Source: a virus
Lineage: Duplodnaviria; Caudoviricetes
Virus record (IMG/VR): IMGVR_UViG_3300024262_000031
Coordinates: 1 to 61,276 of that record
Direction: 5' to 3' (one strand)
DNA length: 61,276 nucleotides
Shown here: positions 1 to 8,866 of the stretch, in pieces
How positions within the stretch are numbered: position 1 is the stretch's first letter
Layout of the letters: the number at the start of each line of letters is the position of its first letter
Notes under the pieces: model-generated
What the model was told of the DNA's origin: nothing
Seen by the model: the letters and a program-made list of their open reading frames with translations, nothing else
The model's database searches: none
Translations under genes and position numbers: made by a program

Positions 1-121
1 TCGTTCGATTAGGGTTTGCCGACGGTAGAAATAAATCGGGTTGAATTGCTAGACAATGCTCGTTCCAATAAGGAACCAACTTTGTGTCTTTTGCAAGTTT
101 TTCCAAGTCTAAAACTACCAT
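1..121 (-). CDS. partial hypothetical protein (5' part; runs off the window edge)
   Basis: ATG at 121 on the minus strand; frame MVVLDLEKLAKDTKLVPYWNEHCL... stays open to position 1. Confidence 0.55.
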   Translation of the reverse strand, partial: MVVLDLEKLAKDTKLVPYWNEHCLAIQPDLFLPSANPNRT

Positions 122-194
122 ATCATCTCAAAGTGCTTGTTTTGTTGCGTTTGTTTCGTTTTTATGAGGCTGCTACATCCCGCTCTATAGGATA

Positions 195-219
195 GGGGCT
201 GGGTTTACCCACAGCCCCC
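195..219. terminator. GC-rich hairpin, putative intrinsic terminator
   Basis: GGGGCTG...CAGCCCC stem in the gap between minus-strand genes. Confidence 0.4.
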
Positions 220-277
220 GAAGCAACACTTAGGTGACAGATGTTTCAGCGCACCTGTCCCTCATCCAACAGTGTTC

Positions 278-433
278 TCATTTAAGACTATCACCGAGGT
301 TCATCAACGGCAGAGGAGTCGGTGAGTCACCATTCAAGAAGTAGACCTTCGATGCCGGGTCTTTTGAGATAGCCTTCAAAGCTTCCAGCAATACAATGGA
401 CTTAATTTTCAGTCCCCCAGACTTAATTCGCAT
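278..433 (-). CDS. small hypothetical protein (51 aa, MRIKSGGLKIKSIVLLEALK...)
   Basis: Read manually, below the ORF-track cutoff; GAGGT ribosome-binding site upstream of ATG 433; TGA at 278-280. Confidence 0.55.
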   Translation of the reverse strand: MRIKSGGLKIKSIVLLEALKAISKDPASKVYFLNGDSPTPLPLMNLGDSLK

Positions 434-458
434 CAAAAAACTACCTCGTGAAAAGAGT

Positions 459-489
459 AAAAATGAGGGGCTAGGACACCCTAGCCCCT
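459..489 (-). terminator. Rho-independent terminator
   Basis: Perfect 10-bp stem AGGGGCTAGG/CCTAGCCCCT followed by CATTTTT on the minus strand, just after the stop of 504..1235. Confidence 0.7.
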
Positions 490-503
490 AAAACATTACC
501 TCA

Positions 504-1235
504 TTAGCGAGCCCGTCCGCCCGCTACATCGTCCGCTACACGTTCTATGCTCGAACCTTCACGAGCTAAGAACTTTTCAACCTCTTCCCGAATTGCTTCA
601 TCCGATGGCAGGTTGTCAAATGGGGTCGAACACTTATGCACAACCATCACGTGCCAACCGTACGTCTTCTTCTGAGCATACTTTACCCCAAGGGTACACA
701 TCAGAGGCCCATGTGCCTCGACGAGCTTCCCTGTTCGTTGCGTATACTCCGCAGCCTGTTCGTCAGTAAGTTGTACATACGGGAAAATACTACGTGACGA
801 AATTCGCCCCGACGCATTTCCACAGAACAACTCGTAAAACTTACCACTCGACCGTTCAAAGATAAGGAACGTTGGGCCAAACATACAGCCCGAATCCTTC
901 TCTCCAGCCGCCACTTCAATCCTTTGAAACTCGTCAGAAGCCGCATCATAAACTTCAATTATAGCGTCCCTATCGCTGGTGTCCAATGCCTTTGGACGCC
1001 ACGTGAATGGAATGATATCCACCTCGTCACCGAGGTCCAGAACCTCATCCTCACCCATCGGTACACCATAATGGCCAGCCGGAACACATCCTTTGTCAAT
1101 CATCCGGCCTTTAGTAAACAATTGGATACGTTGCAGGAAGTCTGACCCCTTTGTCAAACTCTCAAACACATCCATTCCTACACCACAACTCGGAAGCTGC
1201 TCACCCTTGTACACTACAATTTCTTCACTACTCAT
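504..1235 (-). CDS. hypothetical phage protein, possibly ssDNA-binding
   Basis: 243-aa ORF in a replication context with an acidic C-terminal region; function inferred from context only. Confidence 0.6.
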   Translation of the reverse strand: MSSEEIVVYKGEQLPSCGVGMDVFESLTKGSDFLQRIQLFTKGRMIDKGCVPAGHYGVPMGEDEVLDLGDEVDIIPFTWRPKALDTSDRDAIIEVYDAASDEFQRIEVAAGEKDSGCMFGPTFLIFERSSGKFYELFCGNASGRISSRSIFPYVQLTDEQAAEYTQRTGKLVEAHGPLMCTLGVKYAQKKTYGWHVMVVHKCSTPFDNLPSDEAIREEVEKFLAREGSSIERVADDVAGGRAR

Positions 1236-1277
1236 TGCGAAATGTCTCCGTGACTCTATTACAAGTCTACACTAAAG

Positions 1278-2222
1278 TTAATCGTTTGTCAAATTGTCAT
1301 TCAAATTTTCCGCATCTTTCAGCCTATCTCGGTCTTTTTTCCTCCTTCTTACGTCTCGGTCCATTCTGTCTTTTTTACCTTGCGCCGATTTCTTTTGATC
1401 CTCTACCCCTTTTGGGTCCATATGTAACACCCATTCGACGGCCCTCCTCCATGCGGCTATTGGGGATAGTTCCTCGACAGCGATATACGTTGCACCAACT
1501 TCACAAAACTCCTTCTCATACGTAACTTCACGTAACGAGCGATAAAAGGGATGAGGTTCAAATTGAAGCTCATAGAAATCTGCCATGCATCCCTGTCGCA
1601 GTGCTTCTCTATATTTCTTGATTGCGTTCCGTGCAATAGGTGAAAAATCCCGGTATGGATAGAGTTGTGCTTGTTGTGTCAATTGTTCTTGCCACTGTTT
1701 AGGTAGCTTTGCTAACAATCGTGCCGATTTTACGGGTATTTCCCCACGATCCAGGCTTTTCTGAAGCTCGGGTCTAAGGCTCCGCAAGGACAACGTATCT
1801 TGTATCCATTCAACATTCTTTCGTAACCTTCCTGCAAGTTCCACAAAAGTCATTTCCACGTTTGCCTTCAGAATTCGATCTAAATGGTCGGCAAACTCAC
1901 AAGGCTTAGTTTCGGGCCGAATCGCGTTGGCCTGAATCTGAGCAAACAACACGTCCGTGTCATCTTCCATATCCTTAATAATACAGGGGATTGTTTCTAA
2001 CCGATGCTGTCTCGCTACGGCATAGCGATAAAGACCATCAATTAACTCATATTTCCCTATCAACTGTTTTGATGGGCGAACACTGATGGAGTTCAAAAAC
2101 CCGTAATCCCGAATCGAGTCACACAGTTCCTTGTAATCTAGTGAACCCCTGTCCACTAGTCTTAACAGGTGCGTCGGCTCAATGATTTCACGTAGCGGGA
2201 TGTTTTGTACTTGGTCGTTCAT
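1278..2222 (-). CDS. ParB/Spo0J-family protein
   Basis: ParB N-domain pattern EL.DSI...G.L..I.VRP...YELIDG.YR...IPCII, then N..R and an HTH-like segment (TFVELAGRLRKNVEWIQDTLSL). Confidence 0.85.
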   Translation of the reverse strand: MNDQVQNIPLREIIEPTHLLRLVDRGSLDYKELCDSIRDYGFLNSISVRPSKQLIGKYELIDGLYRYAVARQHRLETIPCIIKDMEDDTDVLFAQIQANAIRPETKPCEFADHLDRILKANVEMTFVELAGRLRKNVEWIQDTLSLRSLRPELQKSLDRGEIPVKSARLLAKLPKQWQEQLTQQAQLYPYRDFSPIARNAIKKYREALRQGCMADFYELQFEPHPFYRSLREVTYEKEFCEVGATYIAVEELSPIAAWRRAVEWVLHMDPKGVEDQKKSAQGKKDRMDRDVRRRKKDRDRLKDAENLNDNLTND

Positions 2223-2246
2223 GTATCACTCTGAGAAGTGTTCTTT

Positions 2247-2316
2247 CCTCTATCTATTCCTATCGCGATTTTCGCCTCTAACCGATAGAAAATTGCATTT
2301 GGGTACTGGATTCTAG
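2247..2316 (-). promoter_or_regulatory. conserved 70-bp element, copy 1 (upstream of the ParB-like gene)
   Basis: Near-identical to 55571-55640; core TGCAATTTTCTATCG-N17-CGATAGGAATAGATAG. Confidence 0.75.
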
Positions 2317-2352
2317 TAATTCGGCGCGCTGCAGCTACCTCGGTACCAATTT

Positions 2353-2422
2353 CTAGCATCAAGGGATATCCTGCAATTTTCTATCGCTTTGCGCTCATTT
2401 TAGCGATAGGAATAGATAGTGG
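2353..2422 (+). promoter_or_regulatory. conserved 70-bp element, copy 2
   Basis: TGCAATTTTCTATCG-CTTTGCGCTCATTTTAG-CGATAGGAATAGATAG; inverted relative to copy 1. Confidence 0.75.
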
Positions 2423-2437
2423 GGGGCACCAAGACCG

Positions 2438-2625
2438 TTACTGAGTTATCAGTTATTCACGTCTCGCTTTCCACGGTATATATATATTTTAGAGTAGGTC
2501 TTTACTAGATCAACTCACTAATAAGTAATTGATAACTCAGTAATTTCAAAGCGTGAGACCCCTATGAGAGTAGCGTTTGAGCTAGTTATCAGGCAGTTAT
2601 TTGACAAACCGAAAATAACTCGATT
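2438..2625. other. putative replication origin or structured non-coding region
   Basis: 18-bp inverted repeat (2438-2455 / 2526-2543, one mismatch) flanking a TATATATATATTTT run; several AGTTAT/ATAACT hexamers; lies between the ParB-like and primase genes. Confidence 0.45.
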
Positions 2626-2753
2626 TCTAGAATATCCTGATAATAGAATGTAGTCAATTTGATACACAAATTTATTTCCTAGAATCGAGTTCCAAAATGC
2701 AATTTGTGGTCCTCTTTTTCGATAACCAAAAACCAGTGTAGTCAATTTGATTC

Positions 2754-2824
2754 TTAGAATTTAGTACCACTAATGCAATTTTCTATCGGTTTGCGCTCGT
2801 ATCAGCGATAGGAATAAATAGAGA
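2754..2824 (+). promoter_or_regulatory. conserved 70-bp element, copy 3 (upstream of primase)
   Basis: TGCAATTTTCTATCG-GTTTGCGCTCGTATCAG-CGATAGGAATAAATAG; a partial copy (CTAGAATCGAGTTCCAAAATGCAATTT) lies at 2679-2705. Confidence 0.75.
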
Positions 2825-2901
2825 GTAGAAGAAACGTGTTGCGCCGCAGCAAGGCGAACAGTTGATATAGATGTACGAATGAACAGTAGTGAGGAGTCAA
2901 G

Positions 2902-5655
2902 ATGCCAACGTATCCAATAGTAACTACAGCAATCAGAGCTTTTTTGGAGCACACAAAAACTGAGTTCAACGCCGATTTAGTAGAGCGTTATCAGAGAAAC
3001 ATGGAAGCACAGGTTAATATCCATCCGGGGGAGGATGGTGAACGTAGCGACAAAGCTAAGAATACCTATACAAACGGAACACTTGAGTGGTTCAATTTCC
3101 GTGTCCCTAAGAAAGCAATGTCGGAACCAGAACATAATGACTGGCGAATCAAATGGCCATTAGAGCTATATGCCGATGGTATAGGTATGACAGGGTGGAA
3201 TTGGGAGGGGCGGGTATCAATGTGGGCAGCTTATGACTTTGACAGTATTACTGAGCACGCTAAGGGCGTCGGCTTAGACCAAAACAGCTTGATTGAAGTC
3301 CAAGAGCGGGCCGCAAAGATACCGTGGATTCAAGTTCGGAAATCCACAGGCGGTGGTGGTATTCACTTGTATGTTTACTTCAATCCTAATGATTTACCTA
3401 AAACTGAGAATCATACTGAGCACGCAGCGTTGTCTAGGGCGGTCTTAGGATTGATGTCGGGTGAAGCCGGTTTTGATTTTCAATCAAAACTAGATGTATG
3501 CGGTGGTAACATGTGGATTTGGCACCGCAAGATGACCCCAGTTAATGAAGGTCTGAAAATTATCAAAGAGGCTGAGCACGCTTTAACTCATTTACCTTTG
3601 AATTGGCGAGACCATATACCAGTAATTACGCGAAAGCGTGATACCGTATATATGCCAGGGATTGAAGAGAAGGATGAACCCGCTTTTCAAAAACTGTCAA
3701 CGTCTCTAAAGCGTATCCCTCAAGATGAGACTCATAAGGCGTTTGTTCGTTGGATGGTTGAACATGGGCAATACACAGCCGCGTGGGTAGCCGATCATCA
3801 TTGTTTACACGCCCATACATCTGGGGTACGGGATTATGTTACGGCCCTCCGATCAAAAGGGGATAATATACGTGGTTTCTTTGAAACCAATAGTGGTGGT
3901 ACCGATCCCAACCAACCTAATTGTTTCCTGTTTCCTATGCCTGAAGGAGCTTGGAAAATAGTTCGATTTGGTCGTGGAACAAATGAAGCACCTACTTGGC
4001 AGAATGATAAAGAGAATTGGACATGGTGCTTTTTCAATAGAACCCCTGACTTGCAAATGTCTGCATCTGCTTTTGGGGCGTTAGACACTGAAAAGCGAGG
4101 TTACGACTTTACGGATATTGAGTCGGCTGAGAAAGCTATTACACATTTAGGGTCTATGAATGGATTGTCACTTCCACCCGAGTTTGTAGACCGTCCCCAT
4201 GCTACGTTTAGGTCACATAAGGATGGACGATTGATTGCGACTATTCCAAGTAATGATGCTGATAAAGAAGAGGCTATGCGGAAACATGGGTGGGTGAAAG
4301 AACGTGGAAACAAATGGCAACAGATATTCAATGTACAAACCCGAATCAAGGATTCGATAGCCGCTGCTGCCCCGGAACTCAAAGACATGGATGAAAAGAT
4401 TCGTGCTGTCATTGATACTGAGGGTCGAGAGGGCGGTTGGTATGTATTGAATGCACAAAATGTGTGGTCACTTCAACCAAAGGACAACATCAAAGATGTT
4501 TTGATTTCGATGGGTTATAAATCCGATGAAGCGAAAGCTATCGTAGGGGATTGTGTAAATCGAGCCTGGACAAAGATCAACATTCCGTTTGGCGTAGAGT
4601 TCCCAGGGAATCGCCAATGGAACAAGGACGCGGCTCAGTTTCGATATCAACCGACCGACCTTGAACCGACCGGCATTAAGCATCCTCACTGGGATAAGGT
4701 GATGGCCCATTGTGGGCGTGACCTGGATAACATTCTCAAGCACTCTGCTTGGGGTCAACAATACAATGTCAAAACAGGGCGAGATTATTTGACCCTCTGG
4801 ATTTCTTGTATGTTTCGTGACCCTTACGAGCCCTTGCCATACCTGTTCTTTTTTGGCAATCAGAATTGCGGTAAGTCTATCTTCCGCGAAGCTATCGAGT
4901 TATTGTGTACACGAGGCTGTGTACAAGCGGACAACACGCTCGTTAATACCTCGGGGTTCAATGGTGAACTTTACGAAGCCATCCTTGCCTATGTTGAAGA
5001 GGCTGACTTGTCTAAGGGTGGAACACTGGCCTACAATCGTATCAAAGAGTTTGTGACTAACGATAAGCTGTCTATTCATATCAAACGTCAACAGCCTTTC
5101 ATGGCTCCTAACACAACTCACTGGTGTCAGATGGCCAATTCCAGAGACAACTTACCTATCTTTCCTGGGGATACTCGTATCATTGTCATCCATGTGGCAG
5201 ATTTAATGGACGAGATTCCAAAGCGGGTATTGAAAGCTAAGCTTCGAGAAGAGGCCCCTCAGTTTATGCAAACACTTATGCAGTTGGAACTACCACCTGC
5301 TACAGGACGTTTACGACTTCCGATTCTGACGACAGATAGTAAGGAAGCTTCAGAAGAGGCTAGTAAAGACCCATTGATGGTATTCCTTGAAGAGAACTGT
5401 CATTATGTGAAGGGTGAACGCACACTCTTCAAAAAGTTCTACGACATGTTTCACGAATCATTGCACCCCTGGGAAAAAGGACAGTGGTTGAAGCGAAAAG
5501 TAAGCAGTGCCATGCCACGAGAGTTCCCGGTAGGGGCAGGTACAGGTAATCAAAAGTATGTTGGGAATTTGAGTCTCGTAGAAAAAGACGCTAAACCAGA
5601 TGCCAAGCCTCTGGTCGTTCGGAACAAGTATTTAGTCGATGGTGAGGACGAGTAA
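2902..5655 (+). CDS. primase-helicase (prim-pol-like N-terminus, D5/SF3-like P-loop NTPase)
   Basis: AYDFD and STGGGGIHLY motifs typical of prim-pol; Walker A FFGNQNCGKS; Walker B AYVEE; motif C-like QMAN. Confidence 0.85.
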   Translation: MPTYPIVTTAIRAFLEHTKTEFNADLVERYQRNMEAQVNIHPGEDGERSDKAKNTYTNGTLEWFNFRVPKKAMSEPEHNDWRIKWPLELYADGIGMTGWNWEGRVSMWAAYDFDSITEHAKGVGLDQNSLIEVQERAAKIPWIQVRKSTGGGGIHLYVYFNPNDLPKTENHTEHAALSRAVLGLMSGEAGFDFQSKLDVCGGNMWIWHRKMTPVNEGLKIIKEAEHALTHLPLNWRDHIPVITRKRDTVYMPGIEEKDEPAFQKLSTSLKRIPQDETHKAFVRWMVEHGQYTAAWVADHHCLHAHTSGVRDYVTALRSKGDNIRGFFETNSGGTDPNQPNCFLFPMPEGAWKIVRFGRGTNEAPTWQNDKENWTWCFFNRTPDLQMSASAFGALDTEKRGYDFTDIESAEKAITHLGSMNGLSLPPEFVDRPHATFRSHKDGRLIATIPSNDADKEEAMRKHGWVKERGNKWQQIFNVQTRIKDSIAAAAPELKDMDEKIRAVIDTEGREGGWYVLNAQNVWSLQPKDNIKDVLISMGYKSDEAKAIVGDCVNRAWTKINIPFGVEFPGNRQWNKDAAQFRYQPTDLEPTGIKHPHWDKVMAHCGRDLDNILKHSAWGQQYNVKTGRDYLTLWISCMFRDPYEPLPYLFFFGNQNCGKSIFREAIELLCTRGCVQADNTLVNTSGFNGELYEAILAYVEEADLSKGGTLAYNRIKEFVTNDKLSIHIKRQQPFMAPNTTHWCQMANSRDNLPIFPGDTRIIVIHVADLMDEIPKRVLKAKLREEAPQFMQTLMQLELPPATGRLRLPILTTDSKEASEEASKDPLMVFLEENCHYVKGERTLFKKFYDMFHESLHPWEKGQWLKRKVSSAMPREFPVGAGTGNQKYVGNLSLVEKDAKPDAKPLVVRNKYLVDGEDE

Positions 5656-6271
5656 GGCAATGCGGCGTAAACGTAAAATGAATATAACTGGAAAGAAGGA
5701 GTATGTTGTGAGTAACGACACAGATAGCCGTAAATTTACCCCCGAGGACTACTTAGATATAGGTCTGCCACCCAAATCAAAATTTAAGGACTCTGGAACC
5801 CGTTCTGAATTCGGAACAGGTGCCGTTCGAGATGCTCAGGACGGTAAAGGTCGTATGGATTTGATGCCTATACGAGCCTTGTTTGAAGTAGCCAAGGTAT
5901 TTGAGGAGGGTTCTAAAAAATATGCTGCCCACAACTGGCGTAAAGGCATACCACTTTCTCGTTTCATGGACAGTGGTATGCGACACGCTGCAAAATATCT
6001 ACGAGGCGATCGTGATGAACCTCATGATGCAATGGCATGTTGGAATTTTCTCTGTTTGATCGAAACTCGAATGATGATAGAGGAGGGATTGTTGCCAGAA
6101 AGTTTGAATGATTTGATATTCAATCCCTTGGATATAAATGATAATCCTTTGGGTATCCAAGAAACTCACCCCGGGGATGGTTATATTCATTGTGCCACTT
6201 CAAAAGAACAATCCCCATCAACTAATACAAATCAATTAGTTGATGCTGAGACGACAGATGAAGGTTATTAG
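5639..6271 (+). CDS. dATP/dGTP diphosphohydrolase domain protein (DUF5664-like); true start probably 5678 or 5708
   Basis: TGAVRD..GKGRMDL.P...G..KY..HNWRKG......DS.MRH....H.A...WN signature. Confidence 0.8.
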   Translation: MVRTSKAMRRKRKMNITGKKEYVVSNDTDSRKFTPEDYLDIGLPPKSKFKDSGTRSEFGTGAVRDAQDGKGRMDLMPIRALFEVAKVFEEGSKKYAAHNWRKGIPLSRFMDSGMRHAAKYLRGDRDEPHDAMACWNFLCLIETRMMIEEGLLPESLNDLIFNPLDINDNPLGIQETHPGDGYIHCATSKEQSPSTNTNQLVDAETTDEGY

Positions 6272-6272
6272 A

Positions 6273-6494
6273 ATGAACCCGAATGACGATGTACGGAGAT
6301 TCATCGCGGGCGGCTTTGCAGACTTCATGCTGGCCCTAATAGAACAACCCCAGCCGATAGTGGCTGGGGGTGGCTATTCGCGAGACAAGCTCGTTGCTGC
6401 TTTCAACAAGTGGGCAGCCGAGCGTAATTTTAATGTCAAGAACGGCAATCTTCAAGAGTGGAGAAAGGCGTGTAAAATGGGGAAACTAGAATGA
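6273..6494 (+). CDS. hypothetical protein
   Basis: ORF abutting the previous stop and overlapping the next start. Confidence 0.65.
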   Translation: MNPNDDVRRFIAGGFADFMLALIEQPQPIVAGGGYSRDKLVAAFNKWAAERNFNVKNGNLQEWRKACKMGKLE

Positions 6495-7111
6495 CAACTC
6501 AACACAACGGATTTGTTCATATCAACGGTAACATCATGTGTGCTATTGATGTTGAAACCACGGGTCGAGAACCGGGCTACCATGAAATCATCCAGATTGC
6601 CATTTTGCCTCTGGATAGCGATCTAAGGCCCAACGATAAACTACGGCCCTTCTATACTACTATCGCCCCAGAGCACCCTGAGAGGGCCGAGAGAACCGCT
6701 ACAGCCGTCCACAACCTGGACCTCCAGTATCTTATGAAGCATGCGCCTGACAAATGGAAGGTGGCAGACCTCCTGGACGACTGGTTCCAGAAGCTCGACC
6801 TACCATTCAGAAAGAGTATCATCCCGCTGGCCCATAACTATGCCTTTGAGGCAGGGTTCTTGAAAAGTTGGTTGGGGATGGAATCCTTTAATCATTTTTT
6901 TCACCCTCACCCTCGCTGCTCAATGTTGTTAGCCTTGAGCCTCAATGACCGGGCAGCAATGCGTGGTGTAGAGGTCTATTTTCCCTACGTCTCTCTGAAT
7001 CGCCTTTGCAAATGCTTCAAGGTGCGCAATGAAAACGCCCACGATGCTTTAAGCGATGCGCGGGCGGAAGCTGAAATCTATCGGTCACTTTTGATGATGT
7101 ACCTGGACTAG
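6491..7111 (+). CDS. DEDDh 3'-5' exonuclease (DnaQ/RNase T-like)
   Basis: AIDVETTG (ExoI), AHNYAFE (ExoII), AHDALSDA (ExoIII). Confidence 0.9.
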   Translation: MTTQHNGFVHINGNIMCAIDVETTGREPGYHEIIQIAILPLDSDLRPNDKLRPFYTTIAPEHPERAERTATAVHNLDLQYLMKHAPDKWKVADLLDDWFQKLDLPFRKSIIPLAHNYAFEAGFLKSWLGMESFNHFFHPHPRCSMLLALSLNDRAAMRGVEVYFPYVSLNRLCKCFKVRNENAHDALSDARAEAEIYRSLLMMYLD

Positions 7112-7372
7112 GTCCGGGCAGGTATTCCAATTCTCGTATACACAGATTGCTTTCGTCCTACCACAAACGATATGCACGCTTGTCATTCCACATCCACGCT
7201 CGTAAGGGAGTGTTATTCTGTGCGCACATATTGGAAAATCTGGAACAAACTTGAATGCGTCCGCACTTGCGGGATTCGCATTCTTTCTCTTGTACCCCCG
7301 TATATCTAACGGGGGTGTTCCTTTGCGCGGATAATGGATTTCTCCATTTGGCATTATTCGTGGTGTGCTCAT
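7085..7372 (-). CDS. Cys-rich hypothetical protein, last gene of the late operon
   Basis: 95-aa ORF tightly coupled to 7374..8300; converges on the exonuclease gene. Confidence 0.6.
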   Translation of the reverse strand: MSTPRIMPNGEIHYPRKGTPPLDIRGYKRKNANPASADAFKFVPDFPICAHRITLPYERGCGMTSVHIVCGRTKAICVYENWNTCPDLVQVHHQK

Positions 7373-7373
7373 T

Positions 7374-8300
7374 TTAACCTACCGTGCGATTGGATAAGCT
7401 TCCTGTGAGTCTGTTACCCTCAGTGTAATAAGGATTAGGCGCTGGATCGGAACCTGTCCAATGAGTCTCAAAGAAATAACTAGTGATATTGCTACCCGTG
7501 AATATAGAACAAATAGTACCATTAGGTGAACTAACAAGAGTAAGTGAGCCACTAGGCATACCAAAAGTCTTATCGGTATCATAATACCAAGACCAGTGTA
7601 AAAACATTTGTCTCTCTGCCCCAACATAATCCCGTAAATGCCCCCCACCCCCAAAGTTATAGGTTTGATAAAACCGGACGGGTACTGGAAACGTATAGCC
7701 TGTATTAACTGGTATGTAGTTCCAGAGACTAACGTAGCCTGGCCACTTGTTGTAAATTGACCGAGCTAAATTTTGTTGTGAGACAGCAGCAGCATCATAA
7801 TTGGCAGAGTAATAGGCAACATCTGTATTTGTGTTTACGGCAGCGATCCAAGCTGTTCTAGCTGCACTAGCAGCAATACGAGCAGACTCTTCGGCAGCTA
7901 GCGGCCCTAGTGCGTTATAATAACAACCACCCGGAAATTCTATATCAGGACACTCAGAAACACTAAAGATTTTGTCAGTGAGAAATTGATTATCCGGCCC
8001 CACACATTGTTTCCAGGCGTCAGCTTGCATAGTCACGGTGTATAGCTGTTCATGAGCCCAATCAACACTATTGGCAGTATCATAATTCAGAGTGTTGTCT
8101 AAAGTCAAAGCTGCCGCTTTCAAAATTTCAAACTCATTTTTAGCTAATCGAGCAGGACTTGTAAGAAGTGGTACGGTATCCCACATACTACTTGAACAAG
8201 TTGACCCCCAGGCAGCTCCGTAACCACTGTTTCCAATGTCATTTAATCGTTGGGCCAAAAAGTTATAAGTGGCCAAATCTATTTTACGTGTGGGTGGCAT
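7374..8300 (-). CDS. hypothetical protein, probably virion-associated
   Basis: 308-aa ORF, stop/start overlap with the SPFH gene, at the end of the tail module. Confidence 0.7.
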   Translation of the reverse strand: MPPTRKIDLATYNFLAQRLNDIGNSGYGAAWGSTCSSSMWDTVPLLTSPARLAKNEFEILKAAALTLDNTLNYDTANSVDWAHEQLYTVTMQADAWKQCVGPDNQFLTDKIFSVSECPDIEFPGGCYYNALGPLAAEESARIAASAARTAWIAAVNTNTDVAYYSANYDAAAVSQQNLARSIYNKWPGYVSLWNYIPVNTGYTFPVPVRFYQTYNFGGGGHLRDYVGAERQMFLHWSWYYDTDKTFGMPSGSLTLVSSPNGTICSIFTGSNITSYFFETHWTGSDPAPNPYYTEGNRLTGSLSNRTVG

Positions 8301-8857
8301 TATTCACTCTCCACTGATCCAACGTTTGACATACCAAACAACATCCGAACTGTAGTAGAACAGAAGTCTGTGATAGCACAACGATGCACGTACACCCCAA
8401 ATTGACGGAGATTCTTTCTACATAATTCCGTCAGTTCTGCTTCCACCTTGTCTGTGATATCGTCACGGAAGTCGTTGTAGTTCCACTTGCTCACAACCCC
8501 GACTATCGCGGCTTTTGTTATGTCATTCACAGTTGTGTCAACATCCCAGTTACGCTCGCCGATTGCTTGAACAACGTCATTGATTGAGTACACAATCAAT
8601 GATCCTACAGCGACCGCAACACCATCTCGCGTCTCTACCGCTTGTGGCGTCGGTAGATCATGCGTTTGACGGGCCGTGACGATCACTTCTATGTCTGTGG
8701 TAAAAGGCCAATACCAGTGCCATCCAGGCCCCATTTCTCGCGGCCATTTACCAAATCTCCAGCGCACCCCACTATGTGTAGCACGTACGATAATGGGTCT
8801 TGGGACAAAGCTCAAGAGCCCATTGAATATTTCAGACAACCATGCAAAAGCTTCCAT
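8300..8857 (-). CDS. SPFH/Band 7 (prohibitin-like) domain protein
   Basis: GVRWRFGK....PGWHWYWPF, Q...T.DG..V......Y.I.D and L..FGV.V....ITD patterns. Confidence 0.85.
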   Translation of the reverse strand: MEAFAWLSEIFNGLLSFVPRPIIVRATHSGVRWRFGKWPREMGPGWHWYWPFTTDIEVIVTARQTHDLPTPQAVETRDGVAVAVGSLIVYSINDVVQAIGERNWDVDTTVNDITKAAIVGVVSKWNYNDFRDDITDKVEAELTELCRKNLRQFGVYVHRCAITDFCSTTVRMLFGMSNVGSVESE

Positions 8858-8866
8858 ATTTCACCC

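Noticed and set aside
2518-2745. 75-aa minus-strand ORF in the divergent intergenic region
   Set aside because: No RBS, AT-rich and repeat-laden; more likely regulatory or origin DNA
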